A stretch of DNA of 43,541 nucleotides from Candidatus Micrarchaeota archaeon (GTDB lineage Archaea; Micrarchaeota; Micrarchaeia; Anstonellales; Bilamarchaeaceae). The notes beneath the pieces are model-generated. The model worked only from the letters and a program-made list of their open reading frames with translations, did no database searches and was not told the origin of the DNA. Below, one piece after another: positions 1-9,452 of this stretch. Position numbers and translations under genes: made by a program. Numbering within the stretch: position 1 is the first letter of the stretch; the number at the start of each line of letters is the position of its first letter. The DNA lies in NCBI GenBank assembly GCA_030668565.1, contig DAOVFD010000001.1, positions 1 to 43,541 on the forward strand, read 5' to 3'.

Positions 1-3000
1 CTCAAGAAATACGAGGGACTCGACGAAAAGTCAGATAAAGCGGCAGACAACCTAGCCACTTTAGATAAAAAAATAGCAGAAAAACAAAAAAGAGCACAGG
101 AAGAGATAAACGGCATTGAAAAAGCCGAAAGAGAGCTCATACAAAAGCAATTCCCTGTCCTGAAAGTAGCATACGACCTGATAAAAGAAATCTGCGATAA
201 AAATGCGTCTGATGGAAAAGAGATAAAGAAGAAGGAGTATCTTTTAGCACTAGTTCATTATAGTGGTGGCAGTAGAGGTAAAGGCGATTATTCGGCATAT
301 GGCCATAAAAGAGAATGGAGATTACTAAGGTGGCTCAAAACAAAGATAAAGTGGATGGGAAGCGTTCCACTATTAAAGCATGAACCGGAGTGGGAGGAAC
401 TCCAGGAGATAAAGAAATTAAAACAAAAAATGCAGCCAAACGAGAAGAAAGAAAAACTGAGTAAGCGCATTAATGCGGCACTAGGCAATGCACTTAAAAA
501 GACCTTATTTTGGGGAGCTGACAATCTTCTATGGACTAAAAAAGTAGCAAGTATAAAATCAAAATTCTGGAAAACAGCAGCAATAGTAGGTCTGTCTCCG
601 ATATGGTTAACACAGGGAGTTGTAACCGGAACATTCCTTGCGGTTTCAAAAGCCATTGACTCTGTGGACTATTTATGCAGAACAGACTGGCTGAAGAAGT
701 TGTTCAATAAGGTAGATAACGAAGTTAGACGAAACATACTGACAGTAATCTTCTTCCCGTTCCGGGTTGCTCATTCAGCAGCAGTACTTATTGTGGGTGT
801 ACCTGCAGCAGTCGTTCTGTGGCCTCTTTCAAAGTTGCTGAGATGGACTACAAAGGAGGTAGACACACCAAAACAGATTATCCGTGAGGATATCACATCC
901 AAACTTCTAGAAAAGGACAGAGAGAGGAGGTATGTAACTACGCACGCATGGTTGACAGCTTCGAAAATAATAACGACTGCAGGTATACTCGCAGCGGCAG
1001 CCGGTATGGTGAACTGGGCATCACCACACATAAAGAAGGGTCTAAAGTTCGCAGGTTCCAATACTTCCATAATCTGGGAGGGTATGTGGAGCGGACGATA
1101 TCCTCATGAAAATTACGGAGATGGAAGCAAGCACACAGAAACAGAACCCACCACGCTTGAAGCTAACCTAAAAAGCAGGGACCACTATGCTTCGGCATAT
1201 TATAGGGAAAGTGAACCGCGTCCATACTCGAAGATGCTTGCAAGGTCTTATTACGGAGTAAAGGAAGGCGAAGAAACACCTGAAGAAATATCAAATGAAG
1301 ACATACAGGCACTTGGGAATGTGATTTATAACAGAGAAGTAAAAGGAACTCCGAAGCAAAAGGCATGGCTTGAGGAATATGCAAAAGATGACGAAGAGGG
1401 TTATATTAGAATAGCTGACCAATCTCGTTTTCAAAAATATAAATATGATAAGTACGAACCGGACGCTATGGCAGTTGTTTCAATTGAGAACAAGGACGGA
1501 ACCTATTCGATGGGTGTAAATACTCCAACTGCACATGAAAAGAAGAAACAACTTCTTGACAAACAGCTTGCATGGCTTGAAAGCCACCCTGAAGTCGTGA
1601 AATTCCTTGAAGAAGCATACAGTCTTAGGGAGGTTGACGAAGTTACAACTTATGATCGTGATATAAACATAGATAAAAAGAAAAGTGAATTGAAGGCTGA
1701 GGGATGGTATGGAAATTCTGATGGCAGTCCTGTTCTAAAAGAGGTGCAAGAGAGAAACAAACAAGGAAAATTAGTAACGGATGGAGAAGGAAATCCCAAG
1801 ATGGTGAAAAAGGATGTTTATTACAAGACAAGTTACACAGGACCGAAAAAGGATGGTATCAAGCTAAACACCGACAAAACAGAGAAGTTCTTAAATGAAC
1901 TGATGAATGCAGAAAAGAAAGGAAAGACAATAACTGCTGCCTACCTTTCGGAAAACCTTCTTGATTTCATAGACAACGATTACTTGATAGCTGCAAAAGT
2001 AAACCAGTGCATGAGGGCTTATAAAATAAAGAAACTTGAAAATGCAAAATTCCTTGTGAACAACCCGACAGTGATGGATTGGATAAAACCTATGTTTGTG
2101 AAAGGAAATTCTGCCTGGCACGTAAATCCTGATAAAAGGGATGTTATGGTTGAGCTTCTTGTGAATCAGGCTGATAAAGATGGTGCGATACCCACATTGT
2201 CAATGGCCAAACTGGTGCCTCTCACTACGATGACAGTAACGGCTAAAATACTGAACGATGCACTTAAGAAAGAACTTACAGAAGACGGAAAAGTTAAAGA
2301 TAAAAACTGGTTGCTGGAGGATACCTGCAGCCTGTTCGGAATGAACAAGGCAGGCCAGAAACTCAGAGAACAGCTTAAGGAGCATTACCCAAGGAAATCT
2401 GAGAATGCGTTCTATCTGTTGGAAAACGAGATAGTAAAGCAGGTAAATGACATGGGTCATCAGGTTAAGGAGGGCAAGGAAAAAGAAGTTCTATGGATGA
2501 CGCTCTGGGAGCTTGGACAGCAGAATGCAACAGACACCAGCGGAGATTGCAATAATGCGCTATTCCCTCCAGCAAGAAGCACCCCATCCGGAAAGGAAAG
2601 CATGAACGATAAGCGTGAGGAGATAATGAGCAAGGTGGTTGTCTGGGCAAAGAAAAAGAACCTGCTCGATACAATATCGGCCTATAAACCGGAAATGAGT
2701 GTAAGGGAGCTTATGCTTGATTACAGGAACGTCGGCGGTTACAACATTGTAGACGACAGGGCGGATGACTTCGTAACAAGGGTAAAACAGCACCTTGAAA
2801 AAGGAGGAAGTACTCTGGACTTTGAACAGCCTTATGGAAGGGCGTTTCCATGGTTAGTAAGCCAGGGAATAATAGAGATACCAGGCGATGAGGTTACTGC
2901 TGCCGAATCGGAAAAAGGAGGACTTGATATGACATTAAGGATAGTGCCTGAGACCATCAAAATACTTCCGAACCTGCAGGCCGAACTGAAAATATATCTG

Positions 3001-3606
3001 TCTGTTAACGATACTTATGACAAAATGGTTGGGGAATATAACGGGGATAAAGTGGACTATGAAATTAACAAGTTTATAACATTGCACGTAAACGCCTATT
3101 ATAGCAACAAGAAAGCATACGAAGACACAGGTGACGAGAAGTACAAGAAATCGCTGCGCTCTGCAAAGAGTGACCTCAAGAAAAGTGGAATAATCATCCT
3201 GAGCGAGAAGATGAAGAATGAAGATGATAAAAAATTAGTCATCCTGAGTGAGGAGATGAAGAATAAAGATAATGAAAAGCCTAAGGATAAGAGGATTTAC
3301 TCGCATCTTAAGGTGGGTGGCACGGTTAAGGATGAGAGGATTTATTCTAATCTCAGTGTCGGTGACCCTATAATAAAAAACAGCAACGATCTTATACGGA
3401 CTGTGCTTGATTCCAAGGTCATGGAGGAGAAGTTCCCGAAAAAAGAAGGGGAGAAAAAAGAGGTAAAGAAAGAAACAGGAAAGGTGGAAGCAAAGAAGGA
3501 AGAGAAAGAGGAAGCAGAAGAAAAGCCTGAGAAAAAAACCAAAAAGAAAAGTGGGAAGAAGAAAAAGAAGCCAAAAGGGCCACCTCCGCCACCGACCTTT
3601 GGATAA
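1..3606 (+). CDS. Giant lysine-rich membrane-embedded protein, unknown function (5' end outside window)
   Basis: Frame 1 has no stop from nt 1 to the ORF-track Met at 355, so the 1083 aa are a minimum. Hydrophobic helices (AAIVGLSPIWLTQGVVTGTFLAV, ILTVIFFPFRVAHSAAVLIVGVPAAVVLWPL, IITTAGILAAAAGMV) precede ~850 aa of hydrophilic sequence. K/E-rich tail ends KKKKKPKGPPPPPTFG. No family recognised. Confidence 0.6.
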   Translation, partial: LKKYEGLDEKSDKAADNLATLDKKIAEKQKRAQEEINGIEKAERELIQKQFPVLKVAYDLIKEICDKNASDGKEIKKKEYLLALVHYSGGSRGKGDYSAYGHKREWRLLRWLKTKIKWMGSVPLLKHEPEWEELQEIKKLKQKMQPNEKKEKLSKRINAALGNALKKTLFWGADNLLWTKKVASIKSKFWKTAAIVGLSPIWLTQGVVTGTFLAVSKAIDSVDYLCRTDWLKKLFNKVDNEVRRNILTVIFFPFRVAHSAAVLIVGVPAAVVLWPLSKLLRWTTKEVDTPKQIIREDITSKLLEKDRERRYVTTHAWLTASKIITTAGILAAAAGMVNWASPHIKKGLKFAGSNTSIIWEGMWSGRYPHENYGDGSKHTETEPTTLEANLKSRDHYASAYYRESEPRPYSKMLARSYYGVKEGEETPEEISNEDIQALGNVIYNREVKGTPKQKAWLEEYAKDDEEGYIRIADQSRFQKYKYDKYEPDAMAVVSIENKDGTYSMGVNTPTAHEKKKQLLDKQLAWLESHPEVVKFLEEAYSLREVDEVTTYDRDINIDKKKSELKAEGWYGNSDGSPVLKEVQERNKQGKLVTDGEGNPKMVKKDVYYKTSYTGPKKDGIKLNTDKTEKFLNELMNAEKKGKTITAAYLSENLLDFIDNDYLIAAKVNQCMRAYKIKKLENAKFLVNNPTVMDWIKPMFVKGNSAWHVNPDKRDVMVELLVNQADKDGAIPTLSMAKLVPLTTMTVTAKILNDALKKELTEDGKVKDKNWLLEDTCSLFGMNKAGQKLREQLKEHYPRKSENAFYLLENEIVKQVNDMGHQVKEGKEKEVLWMTLWELGQQNATDTSGDCNNALFPPARSTPSGKESMNDKREEIMSKVVVWAKKKNLLDTISAYKPEMSVRELMLDYRNVGGYNIVDDRADDFVTRVKQHLEKGGSTLDFEQPYGRAFPWLVSQGIIEIPGDEVTAAESEKGGLDMTLRIVPETIKILPNLQAELKIYLSVNDTYDKMVGEYNGDKVDYEINKFITLHVNAYYSNKKAYEDTGDEKYKKSLRSAKSDLKKSGIIILSEKMKNEDDKKLVILSEEMKNKDNEKPKDKRIYSHLKVGGTVKDERIYSNLSVGDPIIKNSNDLIRTVLDSKVMEEKFPKKEGEKKEVKKETGKVEAKKEEKEEAEEKPEKKTKKKSGKKKKKPKGPPPPPTFG

Positions 3607-3607
3607 A

Positions 3608-4447
3608 TTAAAAGTATTTCTCTATAAGCGGGGCAATGCTTACTTCCGAAGCTTTTGAAGGTATGCTATTGGTTACAAATACACCATTGCATACTCCTTT
3701 CAGTTTTTCTAATGAATTCTTAAGGAAGAAACCATGGGTTGCTGCGCAGAATACCTTTTCAGCACCTCCTTTTTTTACGTTTTCAACTGCCTTAATCATG
3801 GTTCCGCCCGTTGAAATCATGTCATCAAGTATGAGAATATTCTTTCCTTTTACTTCGAATGTTCTCTCAATGGATTCTATCTTTCTGTAGGCTTCCCCTC
3901 CCTCCTGGTATTCCCCTCTTTTCTTTTCCATGCTTTTTCCGCCGAATTCCTCAACCAGGTATCTGGCACCTACGTCAGGACCTATGACTTCTATTTCGCC
4001 TGCTTTTTGCAATTTCGCCATTGCATGCTCTATAAGAAGCTTGTTTGCTGAGATGTTTTCTATTTCAAGTCCTCCGTAAGTGAAGGTTCCCTCTTTCTTC
4101 AGGAAATGACAGTCTATTGTAACAAGTTTTTTTGCACCTGCGTTGACAAGGATATTGCAAACTATTTCTGCACTGAGCGCCTCGCCTTCCTTGAAGGTCT
4201 TGTCCTGCCTTGAGTATGGAAGATAGGGTGAAACGAACGTGGTTGGAGCTCCTGCGCGCTTTAGTGTGTCGAGCATAAGAACTGCCTGGATTAACGCATT
4301 GTCCTGATTCGGATAAAGACGGTGGAATAATGTTGAATCCTCTTTTTTTATTCCTGGAAGCAGTACATAATCATCTCCGTCAGGAAATGTTTTCATCTCA
4401 ATATTTGGTTCTAGCAAATCCGAGAAATTTGGTGATACGAATCGCAT
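3608..4447 (-). CDS. prs: Ribose-phosphate pyrophosphokinase (PRPP synthetase)
   Basis: 279 aa with PRPP-binding loop ILILDDMISTGGTM, PYLPYSRQDK and TIDCHF motifs typical of Prs. Confidence 0.9.
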   Translation of the reverse strand: MRFVSPNFSDLLEPNIEMKTFPDGDDYVLLPGIKKEDSTLFHRLYPNQDNALIQAVLMLDTLKRAGAPTTFVSPYLPYSRQDKTFKEGEALSAEIVCNILVNAGAKKLVTIDCHFLKKEGTFTYGGLEIENISANKLLIEHAMAKLQKAGEIEVIGPDVGARYLVEEFGGKSMEKKRGEYQEGGEAYRKIESIERTFEVKGKNILILDDMISTGGTMIKAVENVKKGGAEKVFCAATHGFFLKNSLEKLKGVCNGVFVTNSIPSKASEVSIAPLIEKYF

Positions 4448-4469
4448 AATCTTTCTATGATATAACCCA

Positions 4470-4478
4470 TTTTTAAAA
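4470..4478. promoter_or_regulatory. Palindromic TATA-like box TTTTTAAAA shared by divergent prs and elp3
   Basis: Centre (4474) lies 27 nt from the prs ATG (4447) and 28 nt from the elp3 ATG (4502). This is the archaeal TATA-to-TSS distance, implying leaderless transcripts in both directions. Confidence 0.4.
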
Positions 4479-4501
4479 CTTAACCGACACTTTTATCCAT
4501 C

Positions 4502-6040
4502 ATGGATAATAGAGAAGAGGCTGTAGAATACATAATCAAAAATATTCTTGACGGGAGGAGGGATATTCATAGGCTGAAGAGGGAGGCATCGGTTAAATTC
4601 TCTGTGGATATAATAAGGAATTCTGAGATACTGAAAAAATCGAAAGGAAGAATTCCGGATGATGCGGCTGAGGTGCTGAGGAAAAAACCGATGAGAACGA
4701 TGTCCGGAGTAACACCGGTAGCCATAATGATTAAACCTTCAGGCTCCTGCAGCCATAACTGTATTTACTGTCCCTTTACCGGAAGGGCTGCAAAAAGCTA
4801 TACAGGAAACGAGCCTGCGGCAATGAGGGCAAGGCAGGCGGATTTCGAACCGGATAAGCAGATTGGTTTGAGATTGAAGCAGTACAGGGAGATGGGGCAT
4901 CCTACGGATAAATGCGAGATAATAATCATGGGGGGAACGTTCCTTGAGATGCCTGACGAATATAAGAGGGATTTCATAAAACGGGTTTATGACAGGTTGA
5001 ATGGAACAACATCTGAAACGCTTGAAGATGCGCTGCTTAAAAACGAGAGTGCGGAGCACAGGGCAATAGGACTTACGATAGAAACAAGGCCTGATGTGTG
5101 CGGGAAAGAACAGATAGACGAGGTGCTTGGATATGGAGCAACAAGGGTTGAACTGGGCGTGCAGCATCCGGATGATACTATTTATGAGAAAGTAAGCCGG
5201 GGACACAAGACTGAAGACGTCATAAGAGCCACCGCGCTTCTGAAAAATTCTGCCTTCAAGGTGCTTTACCATCTTATGCCGGGAATACCAGGTTCGAATC
5301 CGAAAAAGGACATTGAGATGATAAAAAAGGTATTTGATGACAGGAATTTCAGGCCTGACATGCTCAAGATTTATCCCACCCTTGTTATGGAAAATACAGA
5401 GCTTTATGAAATGATGGAAAATGGGGAATATGAACCGTATTCTTCAGAACAGGCTGCTGATGTGATTGCTGAATTCTTCAGATACATACCGAAATACGTA
5501 AGGGTAATGAGAATACAAAGAGACATTCCTGCAAATCTTATATTTTCCGGAGTGAAGAAAAGCAATCTCAGGGAACTTGTGCATAGCAGGATAAGGGAAA
5601 AAGGAATAAAGCCGAAGGAAATCAGATGGAGGGAAATAAAGGGAAGGAAATTTAATCCCATGGAGTTTTCTGTTAAAAGAACTGATTATGATGCGAGCAA
5701 CGGAAAAGAGATATTCCTTTCATATGAAAATGATGGAGGGGCGCTTGCCGGATTCATAAGGTTGAGACTTAATGAGGGGGAGAGCATTGCAGAAGAGATA
5801 AATGGGGACTGTGCGCTTATAAGGGAACTTCATGTTTACGGGACAGAAGCGGAGATAGGAAAAGGCGGCGATGTCCAGCACAAGGGGATAGGAAAGAAAC
5901 TGCTTGAAGAGGCCGAGAACATAGCAAAAGAATCGGGAAGGAAAAGAATGATTATAATAAGCGGGGCAGGAGCAAGGGAATATTACTTCAGGCAGGGATA
6001 TGAAAGGTCTGGGAGATACGTGGCTAGGAAACTTCTATAA
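4502..6040 (+). CDS. elp3: Elp3-type radical SAM / GNAT tRNA-modification enzyme
   Basis: 512 aa. Radical-SAM CxxxCxxC (CSHNCIYCP) in the N-terminal half and GNAT acetyl-CoA motif (VQHKGIGKKLLEEAE) in the C-terminal half. Architecture and length match archaeal Elp3. Confidence 0.9.
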   Translation: MDNREEAVEYIIKNILDGRRDIHRLKREASVKFSVDIIRNSEILKKSKGRIPDDAAEVLRKKPMRTMSGVTPVAIMIKPSGSCSHNCIYCPFTGRAAKSYTGNEPAAMRARQADFEPDKQIGLRLKQYREMGHPTDKCEIIIMGGTFLEMPDEYKRDFIKRVYDRLNGTTSETLEDALLKNESAEHRAIGLTIETRPDVCGKEQIDEVLGYGATRVELGVQHPDDTIYEKVSRGHKTEDVIRATALLKNSAFKVLYHLMPGIPGSNPKKDIEMIKKVFDDRNFRPDMLKIYPTLVMENTELYEMMENGEYEPYSSEQAADVIAEFFRYIPKYVRVMRIQRDIPANLIFSGVKKSNLRELVHSRIREKGIKPKEIRWREIKGRKFNPMEFSVKRTDYDASNGKEIFLSYENDGGALAGFIRLRLNEGESIAEEINGDCALIRELHVYGTEAEIGKGGDVQHKGIGKKLLEEAENIAKESGRKRMIIISGAGAREYYFRQGYERSGRYVARKLL

Positions 6041-6860
6041 TGAACTTTTCCTCATCATTCGTCCCTTTTAGAAGCTCGTCCTGCTCTTTCAGAAGGTCAA
6101 GATATTTTCTCTGTAGGTCTGCGAATTCCTTTTCCTCATCTTCTGTCAGTTCTTTTATCTGCCTTTGGGCATTCTTCCACTGTAATGGGGGGGAAATCTT
6201 TTCTATATTTGAAAGGTTTGTGCTGAGTTTTTCAGCAACATCCTGCGCAACCCATACCTTCCTGTTCGATATTACAAAGAGCTTTTCATGCTCTTCGCCC
6301 CTTCCTGCAAGCACCTGTGTTCCGTCTTCCGAAACAGAGCAGGATATGCCTAGTCTGTTGAAAAGTATTACTATAACCCTTATTGTTTCACTGTCGCATC
6401 CTTCAACAGGAACAGACTCCTGAACCTTACCGTTTTCAAGAATTTCAGCGAACCTGTCCCTTGTTTCCATATCCTTTACACTTGACAGTATTATCAGCAG
6501 TTTTGCAATGCTTTCCTTGTTCTCAAGATTTTCCTTAAGGTACTGGCTGCGTTCCCTCAATATATCAAATGTCTCGCCATATCTGGATTTGAGCGCCTTT
6601 GCCTGCTCCTCAATCGAGAAATTGGATAATTTGCTCTGTAGGTCCGAGATTTTTGCGGAATTAAGCATACAGAATCTTATTTCCGCCTTTTTCAGTTTAT
6701 AAAGAAGTTCGTCGCGGGATGCCTTTGTTTTAATCATGCCCTGGGAGATTTCATCGAGATTTTGGCCTTCCAGCTCCAGATATGCTTTTTTTAGTTCTAA
6801 CTCTACCGACCTTTTTTCCAGTTCCACTAACGCTGCCACGTCCTTTATTCCTATCTGCAT
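6024..6860 (-). CDS. Coiled-coil protein, unknown function (last gene of the 12-gene block)
   Basis: 278-aa ORF with heptad-like charged sequence at both ends. The ATG at 6860 follows a weak SD-like AAGGCGA and overlaps the upstream gene by 110 nt. Alternative ATG at 6737 has no SD. No family recognised. Confidence 0.5.
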   Translation of the reverse strand: MQIGIKDVAALVELEKRSVELELKKAYLELEGQNLDEISQGMIKTKASRDELLYKLKKAEIRFCMLNSAKISDLQSKLSNFSIEEQAKALKSRYGETFDILRERSQYLKENLENKESIAKLLIILSSVKDMETRDRFAEILENGKVQESVPVEGCDSETIRVIVILFNRLGISCSVSEDGTQVLAGRGEEHEKLFVISNRKVWVAQDVAEKLSTNLSNIEKISPPLQWKNAQRQIKELTEDEEKEFADLQRKYLDLLKEQDELLKGTNDEEKFIIEVS

Positions 6861-8523
6861 ATGATCGCCTTTTTGGGAGAATGTAGAGTAAAACGAAGGA
6901 AAAGAATAAAAAGATTAACACGAGCAACTCGAATGGAATTTCCTCCTGGACAGTTTCATCCTTAACAACTGTTTTCATCTGCATTTTCATTTCATCCGTG
7001 GCATCGTCAAGATTTTTGGAATATATGAAAAGACGGTAAGCCGTCGATATGCTGGGGGAATTTTCATTCATGAAGAAAAAGCCCTGGCTGTGGTATATCC
7101 GTCCCCAGACAGAAGTTCTTTCTTCTTCCGAAAGCTGTTTTGTTGTTTCCTCAAGCTCATCAGAAGTGGTAAGAAGAAGGTCAAGGTCAACCTCATCCAT
7201 GGATATCACGTAAACGGCATCGTATATGGCCGCACCGTAGTATCCGTTATCATAGGATTTCTTTGCAATCGCCAGACGGGAGGCGGTCTCAGGAGTATGC
7301 TGGGTGGATTCAGCCTCTGCTATCTTCAGCTCAGCAAGCCCCTTCCATGTGCTCTCATTCAGTTCAGCACCCCCAAAATCAGATGCGATATCTCCAAACA
7401 TGCCTGAAACGCGGCACCAGGCATCGGCATACATCAGCTCATGATACGCTGCATACCTCTCCTCCAGAAGAATATTCACTGCAATATCTGTAGAATCGAT
7501 TTTATCGAGTGCCCACATTCTTCTCAGGTCAGAAGCCACTGCCCACTCAAAGTTTTCATCAGTGATAACCGGTCTTTCTTTCGAATCAAGACATGACACT
7601 ATTTCGTCTTTCTTTTCGTCAAGATTAACATAGTCTTCAAGAACGGCATTTATCGTTGATATCTCCACATAATTCAGGAATGCATCATTCGCAGCAGTAA
7701 AATAATAGCCCCGTCCGATTACCTCAAGCTGTTCTGAAATTGAATCAGAGAAATAATCCTTTATCCATTCTTCCGAAGAGGGCATCCTGTCCAGTGTCCA
7801 GTTCTCAATCTCAATCATCTTTATTGCAGTATTACGGAGCGGAAGAGTACCCGGATAGTTAATGGGCGTTACGTTTTCAGAAAGCCTTGTTTCATATATT
7901 GTATAATTCCTTTCCGACACGGTAATATTGTAAAGCATGAAATCGATTACCTCATCAACCGTTTTTACCTCTATAATTGTTATGCCGTAACTTCTCTCCA
8001 GCCTGTCAAGCGTCAGTGATTCATATATCGTATTATATGGTGTGATGAAATATTCCGCACCGTTCTCCACTGCTGCATTTGTTTTTTCATACAGCCCTCC
8101 GACAGGACCGATGGTGCCATAGCTGTCAACCGAGCCAGTAATCAGGGTATCATTTCTCATGGAAAGATTTTCGAAAAGGGCATAGGACATAACGGATATC
8201 GCAGCACCTGCACTGGGGCCGTCCAGGTATTCACCGTATGGCAGGGATCCGAAATCAACAAGCACGTCACAATTTGAATATTCGGAATCCGACTTATCCC
8301 GTGAATATTCAAGAGCCCTTTTTATCGACTGCTGGGTGCTTATTCCCGCATAGGGGAGAAGCCGGACATATTCGCTTCCGGAACCGGGAACAAGCTTGAT
8401 TGTAACGGTTACTGTGTTTCCGCCATCCCCGACTACTGCCACAAGGTCATGGCTTATCTCTCCTGAGCATGCAGATACAAGATAAATCAGCATCAATGCA
8501 GAAAAGACGAGTTTGAGTTTCAT
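6751..8523 (-). CDS. Exported Lon-type (S16) protease-domain protein without ATPase module, C-terminal membrane anchor
   Basis: Signal peptide with lipobox (MKLKLVFSALMLIYLVSAC). Lon catalytic Ser motif LDGPSAGAAIS and Lys motif PVGGLYEKTNAA lie within the first ~170 aa. Then ~350 aa unknown, a C-terminal TM (LLVLIFLFFSFVLLYIL) and a basic tail. Confidence 0.75.
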   Translation of the reverse strand: MKLKLVFSALMLIYLVSACSGEISHDLVAVVGDGGNTVTVTIKLVPGSGSEYVRLLPYAGISTQQSIKRALEYSRDKSDSEYSNCDVLVDFGSLPYGEYLDGPSAGAAISVMSYALFENLSMRNDTLITGSVDSYGTIGPVGGLYEKTNAAVENGAEYFITPYNTIYESLTLDRLERSYGITIIEVKTVDEVIDFMLYNITVSERNYTIYETRLSENVTPINYPGTLPLRNTAIKMIEIENWTLDRMPSSEEWIKDYFSDSISEQLEVIGRGYYFTAANDAFLNYVEISTINAVLEDYVNLDEKKDEIVSCLDSKERPVITDENFEWAVASDLRRMWALDKIDSTDIAVNILLEERYAAYHELMYADAWCRVSGMFGDIASDFGGAELNESTWKGLAELKIAEAESTQHTPETASRLAIAKKSYDNGYYGAAIYDAVYVISMDEVDLDLLLTTSDELEETTKQLSEEERTSVWGRIYHSQGFFFMNENSPSISTAYRLFIYSKNLDDATDEMKMQMKTVVKDETVQEEIPFELLVLIFLFFSFVLLYILPKRRSYADRNKGRGSVSGTGKKVGRVRTKKSISGAGRPKSR

Positions 8524-9116
8524 CTGGTCATCCTCTTTACCGTAAGAACCCCCTTTTCAGTCCTGAAGAATTCATAGTCTACAGATAAATATAGTTTCTC
8601 GAGCTGGTCGCCCGCTTCCTTGATATAATCAACAACGCTTCCCTTGGGGATATCTTCTGAGAGATATGCTATGGAATAATCATAATTCGCAGCCTGTCCT
8701 GCAACCTCCCTTTGCTCGAGGAGGATTCTTCTTATCCCTCTCCCTTCATACATCAGGAGAACAGCCGGGTCCTCCATGTAAATTGCATTGTGTTCGCCAC
8801 CAACAATTGCCCTTTTCTCAGGGTCGTAACTTGCCGGCCATCCCAGACCCACACCTATGAGCATTCTGTTTACATAGCACCCGAAACTGAGCCCGTATCC
8901 GATTATCTTCTTTACCTCCACTTCAGTTACATCGAAGGCACATTTTCTCATTATTTTCACTACATCTTCAATGTCTTCTTCATCAAGTTTTTTTACCTCC
9001 ACCTGGTCCTCATCGAGGAGGTTGATGAATTCTTTCTTCTTCTCCTCTTTCTCTTTGGGCTCGGCAAATTTTTTCTCTTCTTTCGTATCCACTTTCTTGG
9101 CAAATCCCTGCTCCAT
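8520..9116 (-). CDS. GNAT-like acetyltransferase (tentative)
   Basis: 198 aa. K/E-rich N-terminus, then a fold-sized region with a motif-A-like segment (LLMYEGRGIRRILLEQ). ATGA overlap with the downstream gene. Confidence 0.45.
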   Translation of the reverse strand: MEQGFAKKVDTKEEKKFAEPKEKEEKKKEFINLLDEDQVEVKKLDEEDIEDVVKIMRKCAFDVTEVEVKKIIGYGLSFGCYVNRMLIGVGLGWPASYDPEKRAIVGGEHNAIYMEDPAVLLMYEGRGIRRILLEQREVAGQAANYDYSIAYLSEDIPKGSVVDYIKEAGDQLEKLYLSVDYEFFRTEKGVLTVKRMTR

Positions 9117-9127
9117 TCAAACACCCC

Positions 9128-9448
9128 CTAAACGAACCTTGTTCCGCAGACCGGGCATTTTGTAAGAAATGCCTCGTGCTTGTACCCGCATATAGGACAT
9201 ACATAATAAGTTTTTTTAGCTCTTTCTAATTCCGCCTCAAAGTCGTATCTGCACTTCACGCACTTTTTAATGTCAAGTTCATTGAGTGTTCCGCATCTCG
9301 GGCACTTTCTCCTGAACATCGATTTTATCCTTACGCCGCATTTCGGGCATCTTTCCATGTCAAGGGTTATCGGTTCACCGCAGTTCGGGCATTTCTGGGC
9401 CTCGCCCTTTCCTCTTTTTCCGCTTTTAAAAAGGTCAAGAATGCCCAT
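9128..9448 (-). CDS. Triple zinc-ribbon protein
   Basis: 106 aa with three CxxC...CxxC pairs: CPNCG/CPKCG, CPRCG/CVKC, CPICG/CPVCG. Confidence 0.7.
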   Translation of the reverse strand: MGILDLFKSGKRGKGEAQKCPNCGEPITLDMERCPKCGVRIKSMFRRKCPRCGTLNELDIKKCVKCRYDFEAELERAKKTYYVCPICGYKHEAFLTKCPVCGTRFV

Positions 9449-9452
9449 AACA

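Noticed and set aside
3400-3600. Periodic purine-rich DNA that at first glance resembles tandem repeats or a degenerate array (also 40594-40746, 29150-29235)
   Set aside because: These are coding low-complexity K/E tracts without a defined repeat unit or spacer structure. They are not CRISPR or satellite repeats.
4739-5272. 177-aa minus-strand ORF inside elp3 (also 28456-29028 inside glyA and 31199-31762 inside ftsZ)
   Set aside because: They are antisense to genes with unambiguous conserved motifs. Their compositions are typical of shadow ORFs.
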